From Macrostomum lignano (taxonomy: Eukaryota): a stretch of DNA of 64,000 nucleotides. Position 1 is the first letter of the stretch, and each line of letters opens with the position of its first letter. A program made the position numbers and the translations under genes. The stretch lies in the NCBI GenBank assembly GCA_002269645.1, contig NIVC01000977.1, forward strand, positions 186,001-250,000, read 5' to 3'. The notes beneath the pieces were generated by a model that saw only the letters and a list, made by a program, of their open reading frames with translations, was not told the DNA's origin and did no database searches. Positions 62,392 to 64,000 of this stretch are shown piece by piece.

Positions 62392-64000
62392 AAACTGTAG
62401 CAAGTTTTTTATAACATAAAAAACTTTTGTGTCCCAGATGACGATGAGCTGGTAATTAATATGCCTTATATAATTTCATCCTTAATAACTTTGACTAGAA
62501 GTGTTTTATTTGTGAGCTGGTGGTTAATTAGCTACGAGTATTTTAAGAATTCTAAAGCATTCACTACTGACACAAATTTATTCCTACTACAACCGAGAAT
62601 TATTATGAGTGCAAATATGGAACAAGTCACAATTTGCTGTCAAATCTACTGAATGACAACTTGGAGTGCAGAACATCAGCTATGAGCACAACTGAAAGCC
62701 AAAGAAAATTTTCTAGGCAATTAATCTGCAACAAAGAATCTGCTCATATTTGAGAGGCTCAAGTGGGCAATATATTTCTATTTTTCCAATGTTGGATTTT
62801 GTCGACACCCCGAGAACTTTAATTAGCTCATTAGCATATTTTAGTTTAAGTTTGTTGATTTAAAGTTCCTTTAATGAACAACAATAGCAGTGCCATTGTG
62901 GTTACAGTTTAACCATGTTTTAGCCAGAATATGTACATAAATTTCTCAACAATAAAGTTAACCAATTCTGCTTTCCTTTTGCACTCTTATGTTTTAGATC
63001 ATTCCAATTCCTATTCACCTTGCTCTAGTAAAAATATTTAAATAATTCACAAAATTATTGCAAGACTTTTAAATATTTATTTCGCTTTGTTGAAATGTTC
63101 CCATAATCGTTTTCAGCTTCTTTCGTCAATATTTAATTTAATTATTTGTTATTGGTGTCCTGTTACTCACATTCATGAAAATTCCATCTAAGGAAGAAGT
63201 GCACTGTTTGAATTTTACTTTCCATGCTTCATTTAAAAATTAGAGTTTAGTCAGTCAGTGTAAGCCCTCGTTTCCTTTGTTCTGATTAGCTTAATCTCTT
63301 TGGAGTTTACACTTAAGATCGCCTATGGCTGTAATCTCCTTGAACACAATTGAAGACTTGATTTCTTATCCAAACAGAGATATCAGTAACTACGGGGGCG
63401 AAGGCTAGACGGTTAGACTTAGCGGATTACTCTGGTTGCGTTAGAGCATCTGGTCTCCGCTTGTCAACCGTCCAGGTCAAGTTGCCGCCTCGCCTTTGAT
63501 GTCTGTCTGAAATTGATGAGAGCTGCTGTAGCTTTGCCATGCGCTGCGTGCACTATTGTAGGCTCAGTCTATTTGCCCTTTCTATTGTTCTTGTTTTCCC
63601 ATGCCTGCTCTAAGTTTAACTCTTACAGCCCCTATAGGCCTTACTTTTGTAGGCTGAAACTCTAAATTTCTGAGCCATTATCACTTCCCCCTTTTTGAAA
63701 TCCTTGCGTAGCAGCAGGATTTCCATCTTGCCTTCTCCTGGTGTGCGCTGTGACCTTTGTGAAACTAAAATTATCGGGGTTAGAAATTCGCGGCGAAGTG
63801 CAGCTGCGAACTATTGTATTAAAGAAGAGGAAATATTCACCAAGAGGAATAATTGTTATATCAATATTGAATAGTGGCTACAGAAAAATGTAGCCAAGGC
63901 CTTAAAATCAGTCTTGCGTGTTCAATCCTTTGCTTTTCGGAGAGACAGAAGGTAGCGGACAAAACCTAAAAAATATCCGCTATAGTCAGTCAGTCGGTCA

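Overview
Eukaryotic (animal) genomic DNA with spliceosomal GT-AG introns. GC-rich exons, introns packed with private minisatellites and frequent GTTAGT donors suggest a Macrostomum-type flatworm (inference, not verified). Gene models assembled by hand from splice sites, in order: last exon of a probable phosphoethanolamine N-methyltransferase (+); a GT32 DxD glycosyltransferase (-, 4 exons); a co-oriented block of Y-box cold-shock protein, proteasome beta-2 (PSMB2), an orphan type I membrane protein and ELP3 (all +); a claudin/PMP22-like four-TM protein (-); an ankyrin-repeat ORF and a Mab-21/cGAS-like nucleotidyltransferase (+). Mobile DNA: four hAT-type TIR elements with 8-bp TSDs, an internally deleted Gypsy nested beside a second LTR, a decayed mariner, a piggyBac-like MITE, a foldback MITE and an 852-bp insertion with a 46-bp target duplication. 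Most long ORFs in the supplied track are tandem-repeat artefacts. Strongest leads: (1) the ankyrin ORF can splice in frame onto the cGAS-like exons, giving a candidate ANK-cGLR immune receptor whose ANK repeats vary mainly at the target-binding positions; (2) first introns of housekeeping genes show CpG and CpA to TpA hypermutation, readable from paired old and young TE copies; (3) a higher-order repeat in PSMB2 intron 2 reads as about 24 in-frame 9-nt microexons; (4) a possible trans-spliced operon.
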